Made by a program: the position numbers and the translations under genes. The notes beneath the pieces were generated by a model. It had not been told where the DNA came from. It saw nothing but the letters and a program-made list of their open reading frames with translations, and did not search any database. From contig JACKGF010000001.1 of NCBI GenBank assembly GCA_020632095.1, positions 392,638-442,936 of the forward strand: a DNA stretch of 50,299 nt, read 5' to 3'. Position 1 is the stretch's first letter. Every line of letters starts with the position of its first letter. Shown here in pieces: positions 43,201-50,299 of this stretch. This stretch comes from Candidatus Nomurabacteria bacterium (GTDB lineage Bacteria > Patescibacteriota > Minisyncoccia > Phycocordibacterales > UBA918).

Positions 43201-43988
43201 TCAAGCTTTGCTCGCTCCATTGCGCCTGCCTTGGTGTAACGCTCTTCTAACTCTTGTGCCAACTTCACCAAATCAACTTGCTTGAAAAGCTCGTGGATAG
43301 CCTCAGCTCCAATTCGAGCTTCGAACAAAGTACTGTATTTGATTGAGAACTTATGAAAAGTTCCTTCATCTAGTACGACTCCTTGCTTAAGGCTTTCAAT
43401 TTCTTTTTTGGTTTCGTCCATGCGCAACTTCAGAGCGTCACGTGCTTCTTCGTTTTGAAGAGACTTCAGCTTCACTTTAAACTCAGTATCAAGCTCACCT
43501 AGTACACGAGCTCGGTCTGCCTCACTTACACTGGTAACAATATAACCAGCAAAATAGATAACCTTTTCCACTGATGAAGCAGTGATACCGAGAATCATTG
43601 CGATTCGGCTTGGCACGCCACGCAAGAACCAAATGTGAGATACCGGCACACAAAGGTCGATATGACCCATGCGTTCGCGACGGACGATAGCGCGAGTAAT
43701 TTCTACTCCACACTTCTCACAAACAATGCCCTTGTATCTAATACCGCGGTACTTCTTACAAGAACACTCGTAATCTTCAACCGGACCAAAGATACGCTCA
43801 TCAAACAAACCGTGTTTTTCTGGACGCTGGGTTCGATAGTTGATTGTCTCTGGCTTTGTCACTTCTCCCCAAGACCAATCCAAGATTGTTTCTGGATTAG
43901 CCAACTTTAAACTCACTCCAACGTAGTTGTGTGGTAGTGGTGCTGGTTTTTTGAAATCAGTTTTTTTGAATGTAGATTCATTAGACAT
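40299..43988 (-). CDS. rpoC: DNA-directed RNA polymerase subunit beta'
   Basis: NADFDGDQMAVH catalytic motif, Zn-binding CSCKKY...CEKCGV, and trigger-loop/bridge-helix regions. The GTG at 43994 is an alternative start. Confidence 0.95.
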   Translation of the reverse strand: MSNESTFKKTDFKKPAPLPHNYVGVSLKLANPETILDWSWGEVTKPETINYRTQRPEKHGLFDERIFGPVEDYECSCKKYRGIRYKGIVCEKCGVEITRAIVRRERMGHIDLCVPVSHIWFLRGVPSRIAMILGITASSVEKVIYFAGYIVTSVSEADRARVLGELDTEFKVKLKSLQNEEARDALKLRMDETKKEIESLKQGVVLDEGTFHKFSIKYSTLFEARIGAEAIHELFKQVDLVKLAQELEERYTKAGAMERAKLDKRLALVRGMANAGVRPEWLFLTRIPVVPPAIRPMVALEGGRHASSDLNDLYRRVINRNNRLKKLIDIQAPDVILRNEKRIMQEAVDALIDNSIRHGGGAYSVMSQAQRRPLKSLSDYLKSKQGYFRQNLLGKRVDYSGRSVIVIGPELDLDQCGLPKHMALELFRPFVIAELLKQELAYNIRGAGRLIEDGVPEVWAILEDIIEKKYVLLNRAPTLHRQGIQAFRPVLIEGNAIQVHPLVCRAFNADFDGDQMAVHVPLSDEAQLEAKNVISANHNILKPGSSEPVVSEKLLDMALGAYWMTKIVEGAKGEGKYFSSPNDAINAFDYDVIDFRAKVQVLATDTPKYAQYEGKLFETSVGRLLFNSVLPTDHPFINDVVVQKTLFQIIIDIIDDRGAQAVPAIVDKLKKFGFKYATKSGVTWGIDDVVVPAEKTAIVEASRAEERAIIEHYEEGLLSRDERRRMIVEIWHRAKTEIEKVLPNTLSEDGSAYEMWKSGARGSLGQIAQMAGMKGLIVNTRGETLEFPVLSSMKEGMTPIEYFNTTHGSRKGLADTALQTAKAGYLTRRLFVVAQDAIVTEENCKTKAGTKINRISASGIEIAFSKAIKGRILAEDALDAKGNLIFKKGHLLSRRDAIAVEGTTCESVIVRSPMTCKTLKGVCQQCYGIDLTTNTIVDIGEAVGTVAAQAIGEPGTQLTMNTKHAGGAASVGGDVTQGLPRVEEVFEKRQPKIPAVVCKYSGVVVGVRTEGREKVIVVAPDMTAEGAPKKKDNNEYEVHYRRVAMVSKGDSVVSGQMLTDGSALLPELFKYGGQEITQDYIISEVNKIYELQGVTISRKHIELIVKQMMSRVKITHRGDSPFTIGEVVEEWIVVDTNNKLKEQGKDVARGDRLILGITETSLSRKSFLSAASFQNTTRVLINAAVKGSNDNLAGLMENVIIGKLIPAGSGFKGSQKYKMIEDLQARRIS

Positions 43989-43999
43989 AAGCACAAAGA

Positions 44000-46900
44000 T
44001 TAAGCAGACTCATAATTACGTCGCGGCGATTCTTCTTTTTCCAACTTCACATCTAAGGCCAGACCTCGTAATTGATTCAACAACACATTGAAGGCTGCTG
44101 GTGTATGCGGATGAGAAATTTTCTCACCTCGTACAATCGCATCAAAGGCAGCTGACCTTCCAACAATATCGTCAGACTTGATAGTCAACATTTCCCGCAA
44201 TGTATAAGCAGCTCCATAACCCAAGAGTGCCCACACTTCCATTTCTCCAAAGCGCTGTCCACCAATCTGTGCCTTTCCTCCCAGTGGCTGCTGAGTAATA
44301 AGTGAGTATGGTCCAATTGAACGCATGTGAATCTTGTCTTCCACCATGTGGTGAAGCTTAAGAATATACATGTATCCCACCGCTGTTCGCTGAGCAAACT
44401 TTTCTCCAGTTAGACCATCTCGCAATTGAATCTTTCCGTCTTCTGGGAAACCTGCTTCCACCAATTCTTTCTTAACATCTGTTTCAGTCGCTCCAGCAAA
44501 AGGTGGCACAATCGCTTGATAACCAAGAGTGTGGGCCGCCATACCAAGGTGAAGCTCAAGGATCTGTCCGAGGTTCATACGTGACGGTACACCTAGTGGT
44601 GTAAGCAGTACATCGACTGGTGTTCCGTCTTCTGTGTATGGCATATCTTCTTCCGGTAGGATTCGTGATATAACACCCTTGTTTCCGTGCCGTCCAGCCA
44701 ACTTATCTCCCACTGACACATTTCGCACTTGAGCGACCGTGATGTGAATTCGCTTGATAACACCACTTTCTAGTTGGTCACCATTTTCACGTGAGAAGAT
44801 TTTTACTCCAATCACTCTACCGCGCTTTCCAGCTTCGAGTCGCAATGAAGTATCTTTTACATCCTTAGCCTTTTCACCAAAGATAGAACGGAGCAGTCGC
44901 TCTTCTGGGGTAAGTTGAGTCTCCCCTTTTGGAGTCACCTTTCCAACCAGAATATCTCCTGTTCGAACTTCAGCTCCGATGCGGATTACTCCACTTTCAT
45001 CTAGATTTCTAAGCTTAAGTTCAGACACATTAGGTATATCTGGCGTAGTCACCTCTGGACCAAGCTTTGTGTCTCGCACTGCCACCTCAAGTTCATCAAG
45101 GTGAATAGTTGAGAACTTACTCTTCTTCACTAGTCGTTCAGAAATAATAATAGCGTCTTCATAGTTAGCACCATTCCAACTCATGAAAGCCACCATAGCG
45201 TTTTGACCTACAGCAATCTGACCATTGTCAGTTGAAGTAGTATCAGCCAACAAATCACCTCGATTTACCTTTTGACCTACTGATACCGCTGGACGATGAC
45301 TAAAAGCAGAGAAGTCGTTAGTTCGTTGTAGTCCAGCTAGTGGGTACTCATGTACTTTTCCATTTTTCTGCTTAACAGTAATATGACGAGCGTCAGCGTC
45401 TAGTACTTCACCAGCTTCGAGTGCGTAGATCACACGACCGACGTCACGGGCAGACATCCCTTCTACTCCAGTCGCCACGATTGGTGCCTCTTGCACGATA
45501 CAAGGTGTCGACTGCTTCTGCATGTTTGAACCCATCAAAGTACGGTTCGCGTCATCATGATTCAAGAAAGGAATCATTGAAGTAGCTACTGAGAAAGGTT
45601 GGTTGGTAGCGATGTCGATGTAGTCAACTAGATCTCGACTAACCAGACGTGGTTCACCCTTAACTCTAGCTTCAACAAATTCATTTTTAATCTTTCCTTT
45701 GTCATCAACTTCAATTGCTGAGTGAGCAATCGTAAAACCTTCTTCTTCGTGAGCGTTGAAGTAAGTAACTTCATCAGTCAACTTACCCTTCGTTACCTTC
45801 ATGTATGGAGTCTCAATAATACCAAAACGGTTTACGCGAGAGTACATTGAGAGACGAAGAATCAAACCAATGTTTGGTCCTTCTGGAGTGTGTATAGGGC
45901 AGAGTCGGCCATAATGAGAAGGGTGAACGTCACGCACTTCAAAGCCAGCTCGCTCGCGAGTTAGACCACCTGGACCAAGCGCAGATAGCGTTCGGAGGTG
46001 TTCTACTTCAGCAAGAATATTTTGTTGTTGTGAGAATTGTGAGAGTTGGTTTGTCGTGAAAAACTCTTTAATCGCCGCCTGGAGAGGTCGCGGGTTGATG
46101 ATTTGCATCGGTAGAGAAGTCTCTGCTTCGATAGTAGACATTCGGTCTTGGATATTTCGCTTCATGCGAGTCATACCAACACGAACACGTTGTTGGAGCA
46201 TTTCTCCAAAGTAACGCACACGACGGAAACCAAGGTGGTCAATATCGTCTGGCATTGCTTGAGTATCATGATTTGAAGTGATTATGTGAGTGATAATCAA
46301 CTTAATATCTTCGATAGAAACAGTTCGATCAGCGGTTGCCTTAGCGTCAACTGGACGACCAAAACGATTGTTGAAGTGGTGACGACCAATCTCTGAAAGG
46401 TCGTAACGTTCTGGAGAAAAGATAGACTTTACAAACTCCCGAGCATTGTCGACAGTTGCCAAGTCTCCATCTCGCAGTCGCTTGTATATTTCCACAAAAG
46501 CATCGTCAGGTTTTTTAGCTGGATCTTTTTCCAAAGTAGCCTTGATGTAGGCTTCACCTCGCTCAACCCCCTTCATAAGCTTGATCATTTCTTCATCTTT
46601 CTCAAGACCAAGTACACGCAGAAGTGAAGTGATTGGGAACTTCTTCTTACGATCAATCTTTACGTAAATTATGCCATCAGCTTCAGATTCAATTTCCACC
46701 CATGCGCCACGAGCCGGGATGATTTTGGCACCAAACAAAGTCTTGCCTTTTGATTCAGCAGCGGTAAAGAAAATACCATAACTTCGAGCCAACTGTGGGA
46801 CAATTACTCGCTCAACACCGTTGATAATGAAAGTACCGTTATCTGTCATCACCGGAATATCAGTCATGAAGATCTCCTGATCCTTCTCACTTTCAAAAGT

Positions 46901-47206
46901 CTTGTTTTTCAAAACTACTGTCGCTCGTAGTGGAGCTTCGTAGGTACGCTTGTTTTCCTTAGCAAATTCTGGCGAATACTTAGGAGCGCCGAGTTCATAC
47001 TTTTTAAACTGTAACTCAAATTTCTTTTCTGAGTAGTCAGTAATCGGCGAAAACTCCTTAAAGATTTCTTTAAGCGCTGTTTCAACAAACCATTTGTATG
47101 ATTCGCGTTGTGGTTCGATGAGGTCTGGTAGTGGGATTCGCGGCGGCGCAGCCTTCTCAAAACGCCGTTGCGGCAAATGCCCAACTGAAACTTCTTTTGT
47201 ACCCAT
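44000..47206 (-). CDS. rpoB: DNA-directed RNA polymerase subunit beta (short form, 1068 aa)
   Basis: Conserved blocks: GPGGLTRERAGFEVRDVHPSHYGR, NMQRQ-like SNMQKQ, GRHGNKGVIS, FGEMEVWAL. Confidence 0.95.
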   Translation of the reverse strand: MGTKEVSVGHLPQRRFEKAAPPRIPLPDLIEPQRESYKWFVETALKEIFKEFSPITDYSEKKFELQFKKYELGAPKYSPEFAKENKRTYEAPLRATVVLKNKTFESEKDQEIFMTDIPVMTDNGTFIINGVERVIVPQLARSYGIFFTAAESKGKTLFGAKIIPARGAWVEIESEADGIIYVKIDRKKKFPITSLLRVLGLEKDEEMIKLMKGVERGEAYIKATLEKDPAKKPDDAFVEIYKRLRDGDLATVDNAREFVKSIFSPERYDLSEIGRHHFNNRFGRPVDAKATADRTVSIEDIKLIITHIITSNHDTQAMPDDIDHLGFRRVRYFGEMLQQRVRVGMTRMKRNIQDRMSTIEAETSLPMQIINPRPLQAAIKEFFTTNQLSQFSQQQNILAEVEHLRTLSALGPGGLTRERAGFEVRDVHPSHYGRLCPIHTPEGPNIGLILRLSMYSRVNRFGIIETPYMKVTKGKLTDEVTYFNAHEEEGFTIAHSAIEVDDKGKIKNEFVEARVKGEPRLVSRDLVDYIDIATNQPFSVATSMIPFLNHDDANRTLMGSNMQKQSTPCIVQEAPIVATGVEGMSARDVGRVIYALEAGEVLDADARHITVKQKNGKVHEYPLAGLQRTNDFSAFSHRPAVSVGQKVNRGDLLADTTSTDNGQIAVGQNAMVAFMSWNGANYEDAIIISERLVKKSKFSTIHLDELEVAVRDTKLGPEVTTPDIPNVSELKLRNLDESGVIRIGAEVRTGDILVGKVTPKGETQLTPEERLLRSIFGEKAKDVKDTSLRLEAGKRGRVIGVKIFSRENGDQLESGVIKRIHITVAQVRNVSVGDKLAGRHGNKGVISRILPEEDMPYTEDGTPVDVLLTPLGVPSRMNLGQILELHLGMAAHTLGYQAIVPPFAGATETDVKKELVEAGFPEDGKIQLRDGLTGEKFAQRTAVGYMYILKLHHMVEDKIHMRSIGPYSLITQQPLGGKAQIGGQRFGEMEVWALLGYGAAYTLREMLTIKSDDIVGRSAAFDAIVRGEKISHPHTPAAFNVLLNQLRGLALDVKLEKEESPRRNYESA

Positions 47207-47573
47207 AACAACTTATGAATTAATCGAAAACTAATACACCAAGAAAATGACGCCTCCGCGCTTTCTCTCAATATTTAGTTTTCTACCCGATAAATAAAAT
47301 CATCACGACTGTGATTACCAAGAACCTGTTGCGTGTCTCACCACAAAAATCAACAAATAAAAAATTTTGTTGCGAATCGTCGTAGCAGTCTGACTGGCTG
47401 CAATTCACTCGCCACTCGAAGGTGGACATCCGTCCTCCTCCTTGCGTCTCATAAATTTCGCTCAGTCAGACTGCCACTTTGGATTCCGCTGATACACTCA
47501 AAAGGTTCTCTACCTCCGCGTATGAATATATCTCCCACTCGTAACTCACTCGAGATCGCATCACTGCGTTTGT
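47207..47573 (-). promoter_or_regulatory. Long structured 5' leader of rpoB (or an independent ~230-nt sRNA ending at a weak terminator at 47341-47372)
   Basis: G+C-rich. 12-bp long-range pairing of 47385-47396 with 47463-47474. A GNRA hairpin (CGCA-GUGA-UGCG, 47557-47568). An AT-rich hairpin plus U-run at 47341-47372. Confidence 0.45.
47283..47429 (-). CDS. Candidate 48-aa ORF inside the rpoB leader (MSTFEWRVNCSQSDCYDDSQQNFLFVDFCGETRNRFLVITVVMILFIG)
   Basis: The strong SD AAGGAGGAGG ends 4 nt before the ATG. The tail is hydrophobic. However, the ORF contains the terminator-like hairpin, and its SD and start lie inside the 12-bp stem. Confidence 0.2.
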   Translation of the reverse strand: MSTFEWRVNCSQSDCYDDSQQNFLFVDFCGETRNRFLVITVVMILFIG

Positions 47574-47579
47574 GCGGGG

Positions 47580-47607
47580 ATTATACGTGATATTCAAATA
47601 AATGCAA
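47580..47607 (-). promoter_or_regulatory. Promoter TTGCAT-16-TATAAT (minus strand)
   Basis: The reverse complement of 47571-47607 reads TTGCAT-ttatttgaatatcacg-TATAAT-ccccgcaca. It starts 15 nt after the stop of the upstream gene. Confidence 0.6.
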
Positions 47608-47621
47608 GCAGAAGCAAGAAA

Positions 47622-48116
47622 TTACTTCTTTATCCTCTCAACAGTAAAGGGTATGAAGTATAATTGCTCAAATTCATTGAGCTCTTGGTTGAAAATTGAC
47701 ACTCTATATTCATAATCTCCTTCTGTAGTAACTGTAAAATTACTCATATTAATTCTATGTCCATGATTTCTACTAGACCCCAGAAAAGTAACCGTGTTTA
47801 ATATTTCTCCTACTATTCCCCCAATCGGATCAACCAAAGATATTTTTATATCTGTATTTAAATCATCTGTACCCAAGCTCTGCACCCCCATTCTTCTAAA
47901 CATAATTACTAACTCATGATTTGACTGTAGCATTAATCCTTTATGTCCACCCGCTTCAGCTTTCACAAATTCTGCATCTGGAATGTTTATCTGAGTAATA
48001 ACATTGGTTAGTGATATATTATTTCGCTCTTGATCTATTGAGGACATACTGCAGAGCAGACCCCACATTACTCTAATGCTACTTTGTTTAGTTTTGTTAC
48101 CTGCAGTAGTTTTCAT
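47622..48116 (-). CDS. Hypothetical 164-aa protein, third gene of the DUF4258/DUF2283 cassette
   Basis: It starts 3 nt after the DUF2283-like stop. The pattern (LLCSMSSID...NISLTNVI..., ISLVDPIGG..., GDYEYRVSIF...) recalls an uncharacterised beta-sandwich family. I cannot name that family reliably. Confidence 0.55.
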   Translation of the reverse strand: MKTTAGNKTKQSSIRVMWGLLCSMSSIDQERNNISLTNVITQINIPDAEFVKAEAGGHKGLMLQSNHELVIMFRRMGVQSLGTDDLNTDIKISLVDPIGGIVGEILNTVTFLGSSRNHGHRINMSNFTVTTEGDYEYRVSIFNQELNEFEQLYFIPFTVERIKK

Positions 48117-48119
48117 ACT

Positions 48120-48419
48120 TTATGCCAGCACAATTTCAGTAGAAGCAACGTACTGATTTTTATTGTTTTGATTCATTTTATTTAAGGACTCAATTTCACC
48201 ATCAGCGTTAGGTAAAATTAATTCGGCTAATTCGTTATCAAAAGTAGATAATGAGAATGATCTTTTGGAGGAATCTAAAATTTCTACGCCTAAGACAGCA
48301 CCTTTTTCATCAATATCTAAAAACATCCAATCGTTAATTATTTTGGTTTCGTGTATTTTACCTTCTTTAATAGATACATACTTTGCATCTACTTCACTAT
48401 CATATGTAATCTTAATCAT
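48120..48419 (-). CDS. DUF2283-like protein (putative antitoxin partner) with a ~45-aa C-terminal extension
   Basis: MIKITYDSEVDAKYVSIKEG...FLDIDEKGAVLGVEILDSS matches the DUF2283 pattern (YDxExDalYi...D.d.dG.ivGiEil). Confidence 0.65.
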   Translation of the reverse strand: MIKITYDSEVDAKYVSIKEGKIHETKIINDWMFLDIDEKGAVLGVEILDSSKRSFSLSTFDNELAELILPNADGEIESLNKMNQNNKNQYVASTEIVLA

Positions 48420-48625
48420 ATCGTTGTTATTATCACAAACACATTCTTATCAATAGTGTATATCACTGTGATACTTCTGTCATCAATAATCTTAACTGCT
48501 TTGACCCTACCCTCAAATTGATTCTCAGAGCTATCTGGTGTTCTAATTACTCTCTTGATTGTATCGACATCTATCCCACGCTCTATACTTCGTATTTGTG
48601 CGTGAATAGACATTCTAATCTTCAT
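48416..48625 (-). CDS. DUF4258-like protein (putative RNase-fold toxin)
   Basis: SIHAQIRSIERGIDVDTIKRVI...ITVIYT...VIITTI matches the DUF4258 pattern. Its TGA overlaps the ATG of the next gene (ATGA). Confidence 0.6.
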   Translation of the reverse strand: MKIRMSIHAQIRSIERGIDVDTIKRVIRTPDSSENQFEGRVKAVKIIDDRSITVIYTIDKNVFVIITTI

Positions 48626-48691
48626 AAACTTAATTCTATTTAGCCATAAATAAAAGTATTTGTAAACGCTTTTACACCTGATAGAAAAATC

Positions 48692-49927
48692 CTACTCATA
48701 CCGCAGCGCTTCAATCGGACTCTTTTTGGAGGCTTGGTTGGCGGGGTAGATGCCGAAAATTAGACCAACTGAAGCGGAGACCCCTACCCCTAAGACCGCA
48801 CCGAAGATTGGGAAAATGAAGGACCAGTTTTCGGCTACAGTTTGGGCCAGTACTATCGAAGCAATAAATGAAATACCAGCTCCAATCAACACCCCAATCA
48901 CTCCGCCAATACTGGTCAAGATAACTGCTTCAGTCAAAAACTGGCGCAGAATGTCTACACCTCTCGCGCCGAGTGCTTTACGTAAACCAATCTCTTGTGT
49001 TCGCTCTGATACCGATACCAGCATAATATTCATAATTCCGATTCCGCCCACCACTAGTGAAATAGCTACTACTGCCACTAAGAAAGAAGTGAAGACACTA
49101 ACGATAGTTTCAATTTGCTCGATTACATCCTCTTGCGTCAAAACGTAAAAGTCATCGTCGTCACCATATTTAATGTTATGAGAATCTCGCATAGTGCGAA
49201 CAATATCAGCGGCCATTTTAGAAGCGTTAGCCGGAATGTCTGCTCTTAGCATAACTTCATTGTAGTAGTTTGTTCCAGTGATGTAGGTTTGGGCGCTGGT
49301 CTGGGGTAGCATTACAATATTATCAACATCAAAACCACCCGCGTTACTAGAGTCAGTAAATACACCGACTACTTTAAATTTTCGGTCTTTAATCTGAATC
49401 TGTTCACCGACGGCTTTTGAATTGCCGAACAAGTCATTTTTAATCGAATTACCGATAACCACCACTCTGGCTTTTTGTTTAATATCAGCGTCAGTGTAAA
49501 GTTGACCATCAGCCAACTCTAATTTCAATAATCCCGCAATAAATTCAGCTGGACCACCAAACAAGGTTGGTCTGTATGTTTGACCCCGAAACTCAACCGG
49601 ATCAGACATAATCACGAATGGTGCTACAGAAACTAAGTCAGGGACATTTTGTTTACGCTCTAAAGCTTCGATGTCGTTTTGAGTAAGAGACTGAGCGAAA
49701 ATGGTAGTCGTGATGTCGGTTGGACTCTTCCCCGGTCTTAACACTACCGTCTCAGCCCCCAAACCACTCACTTGGTCAAGAATCAAATCTTGTGCCCCCT
49801 GCCCGAGAGACATCACAATAATAATTGCCGCCACTCCAATCACGATACCAAGTATCGTCAAAGCCGAACGAGTCAGGTGGGTGCGTAGTCCGCGGATAGC
49901 TGTGATTAAAATGTGTTTAAGTGGCAT
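48692..49927 (-). CDS. MacB/FtsX-family ABC transporter permease
   Basis: N-terminal TM segment, a large periplasmic domain, and a C-terminal FtsX 3-TM bundle (ERTQEIGLRKALGA). Confidence 0.85.
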   Translation of the reverse strand: MPLKHILITAIRGLRTHLTRSALTILGIVIGVAAIIIVMSLGQGAQDLILDQVSGLGAETVVLRPGKSPTDITTTIFAQSLTQNDIEALERKQNVPDLVSVAPFVIMSDPVEFRGQTYRPTLFGGPAEFIAGLLKLELADGQLYTDADIKQKARVVVIGNSIKNDLFGNSKAVGEQIQIKDRKFKVVGVFTDSSNAGGFDVDNIVMLPQTSAQTYITGTNYYNEVMLRADIPANASKMAADIVRTMRDSHNIKYGDDDDFYVLTQEDVIEQIETIVSVFTSFLVAVVAISLVVGGIGIMNIMLVSVSERTQEIGLRKALGARGVDILRQFLTEAVILTSIGGVIGVLIGAGISFIASIVLAQTVAENWSFIFPIFGAVLGVGVSASVGLIFGIYPANQASKKSPIEALRYE

Positions 49928-49929
49928 AT

Positions 49930-50299
49930 TTATTTTACAAATTCAGCACTAGCGTTGCGTCTATTCTTGATTGGCTTATCACTCTCTATCAAACCATCAA
50001 CAATATTTATCATCCGGTCAGCGTGTTCGGCAGTAAAAGTCTCATGCGTAATTAGGATTACTGTATGTCCGAGTTCGTCATGCAAGCGTTGCAGTGTCTG
50101 CATAACCGCCTGACCAGTTTTGGAATCTAGATTACCCGTGGGCTCATCCGCAAAAATAACTTTTGGTTGATTTACCAAAGCGCGTGCTATCGCCACTCTT
50201 TGTTTCTCACCTCCAGAGAGTTTATAAGTTTCAAAATCTAATCGGTGAGACAAGCCCACTATTTCAACCACTTCTTCCACTCTGGCTTTCCAGTCTGAT
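49930..50299 (-). CDS. MacB/LolD-type ABC ATP-binding protein, N-terminus beyond the window edge
   Basis: LSGGEKQRVAIARAL, Walker B IFADEPTGNLD and the H-loop ITHE. The frame stays open to base 50299, so the track GTG at 50280 is internal. Confidence 0.85.
   Translation of the reverse strand, partial: SDWKARVEEVVEIVGLSHRLDFETYKLSGGEKQRVAIARALVNQPKVIFADEPTGNLDSKTGQAVMQTLQRLHDELGHTVILITHETFTAEHADRMINIVDGLIESDKPIKNRRNASAEFVK

Noticed and set aside
40354-47271. Numerous 60-118-aa ORFs inside or antisense to rpoC and rpoB (for example 40856-41104, 41230-41517, 43635-43910, 44185-44397, 46915-47271)
   Set aside because: They are embedded in highly conserved, confidently called polymerase genes. 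Such shadow ORFs are typical of long genes.
47333-47590. 85-aa plus-strand ORF in the rpoB upstream region
   Set aside because: It has no SD or promoter and starts at a non-ATG codon. It runs antisense through the region whose promoter and hairpins make sense on the minus strand. The long ORF is probably a by-product of the local G+C richness.
1-50299. Alternative genetic code (UGA recoding), CRISPR arrays, tRNA/rRNA genes, IS elements or integrases
   Set aside because: Several well-supported genes end in TGA at family-appropriate lengths (for example the desulfurase at 910-912). I found no spaced direct repeats, no T-arm GGTTCGAATCC-like motifs in intergenic regions, and no transposase or recombinase motifs in any ORF.

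Overview
This is a 50.3-kb bacterial window read with the standard genetic code (TGA is used as a stop). By eye G+C is in the low to mid 40s percent. I support about 50 protein genes. I found no rRNA, tRNA, CRISPR array, transposase or integrase. Housekeeping genes include a nifS/iscU Fe-S module, truB, rpmG (missing from the ORF track), class I fba, prmC, hisS, uppP, dnaG-rpoD and rpoB-rpoC. Between them sit accessory modules. These are a dinJ/yafQ-type toxin-antitoxin pair beside a metallophosphoesterase and a small P-loop kinase. There is also a four-gene glycogen operon (GT4 synthase, GH57, Lys-rich small protein, GH15), an ABC-2 exporter, and a P1B-4-type metal ATPase. The rest are a DtxR/MntR-regulated metal ABC importer, a NhaP-type antiporter with CBS and DedA neighbours, a UvrD-nuclease fusion, cell-wall enzymes (C39-like peptidase, L,D-transpeptidase) and a MacB-type ABC pair. 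The compact genes, short RpoB and many orphan secreted proteins suggest a small-genome, possibly Patescibacteria-like organism. That is inference only. The candidates most worth follow-up are listed here. (1) An AT-rich, translationally coupled three-gene cassette (DUF4258-like, DUF2283-like, unknown 164 aa) lies just upstream of the rpoB promoter. (2) A 2.4-kb accessory block is bracketed by a near-identical 23-nt palindrome, and it may pair a RelE-class toxin with an RNA end-healing kinase/phosphoesterase. (3) A roughly 370-nt G+C-rich structured leader or sRNA runs from a consensus promoter upstream of rpoB. (4) The DnaG zinc ribbon has lost three of its four zinc ligands. (5) Promoters are repeatedly placed so that transcripts would be leaderless. 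All coordinates for hairpins, promoters and repeats were derived by hand. No similarity search was possible, so family names rest on motifs I recognise.
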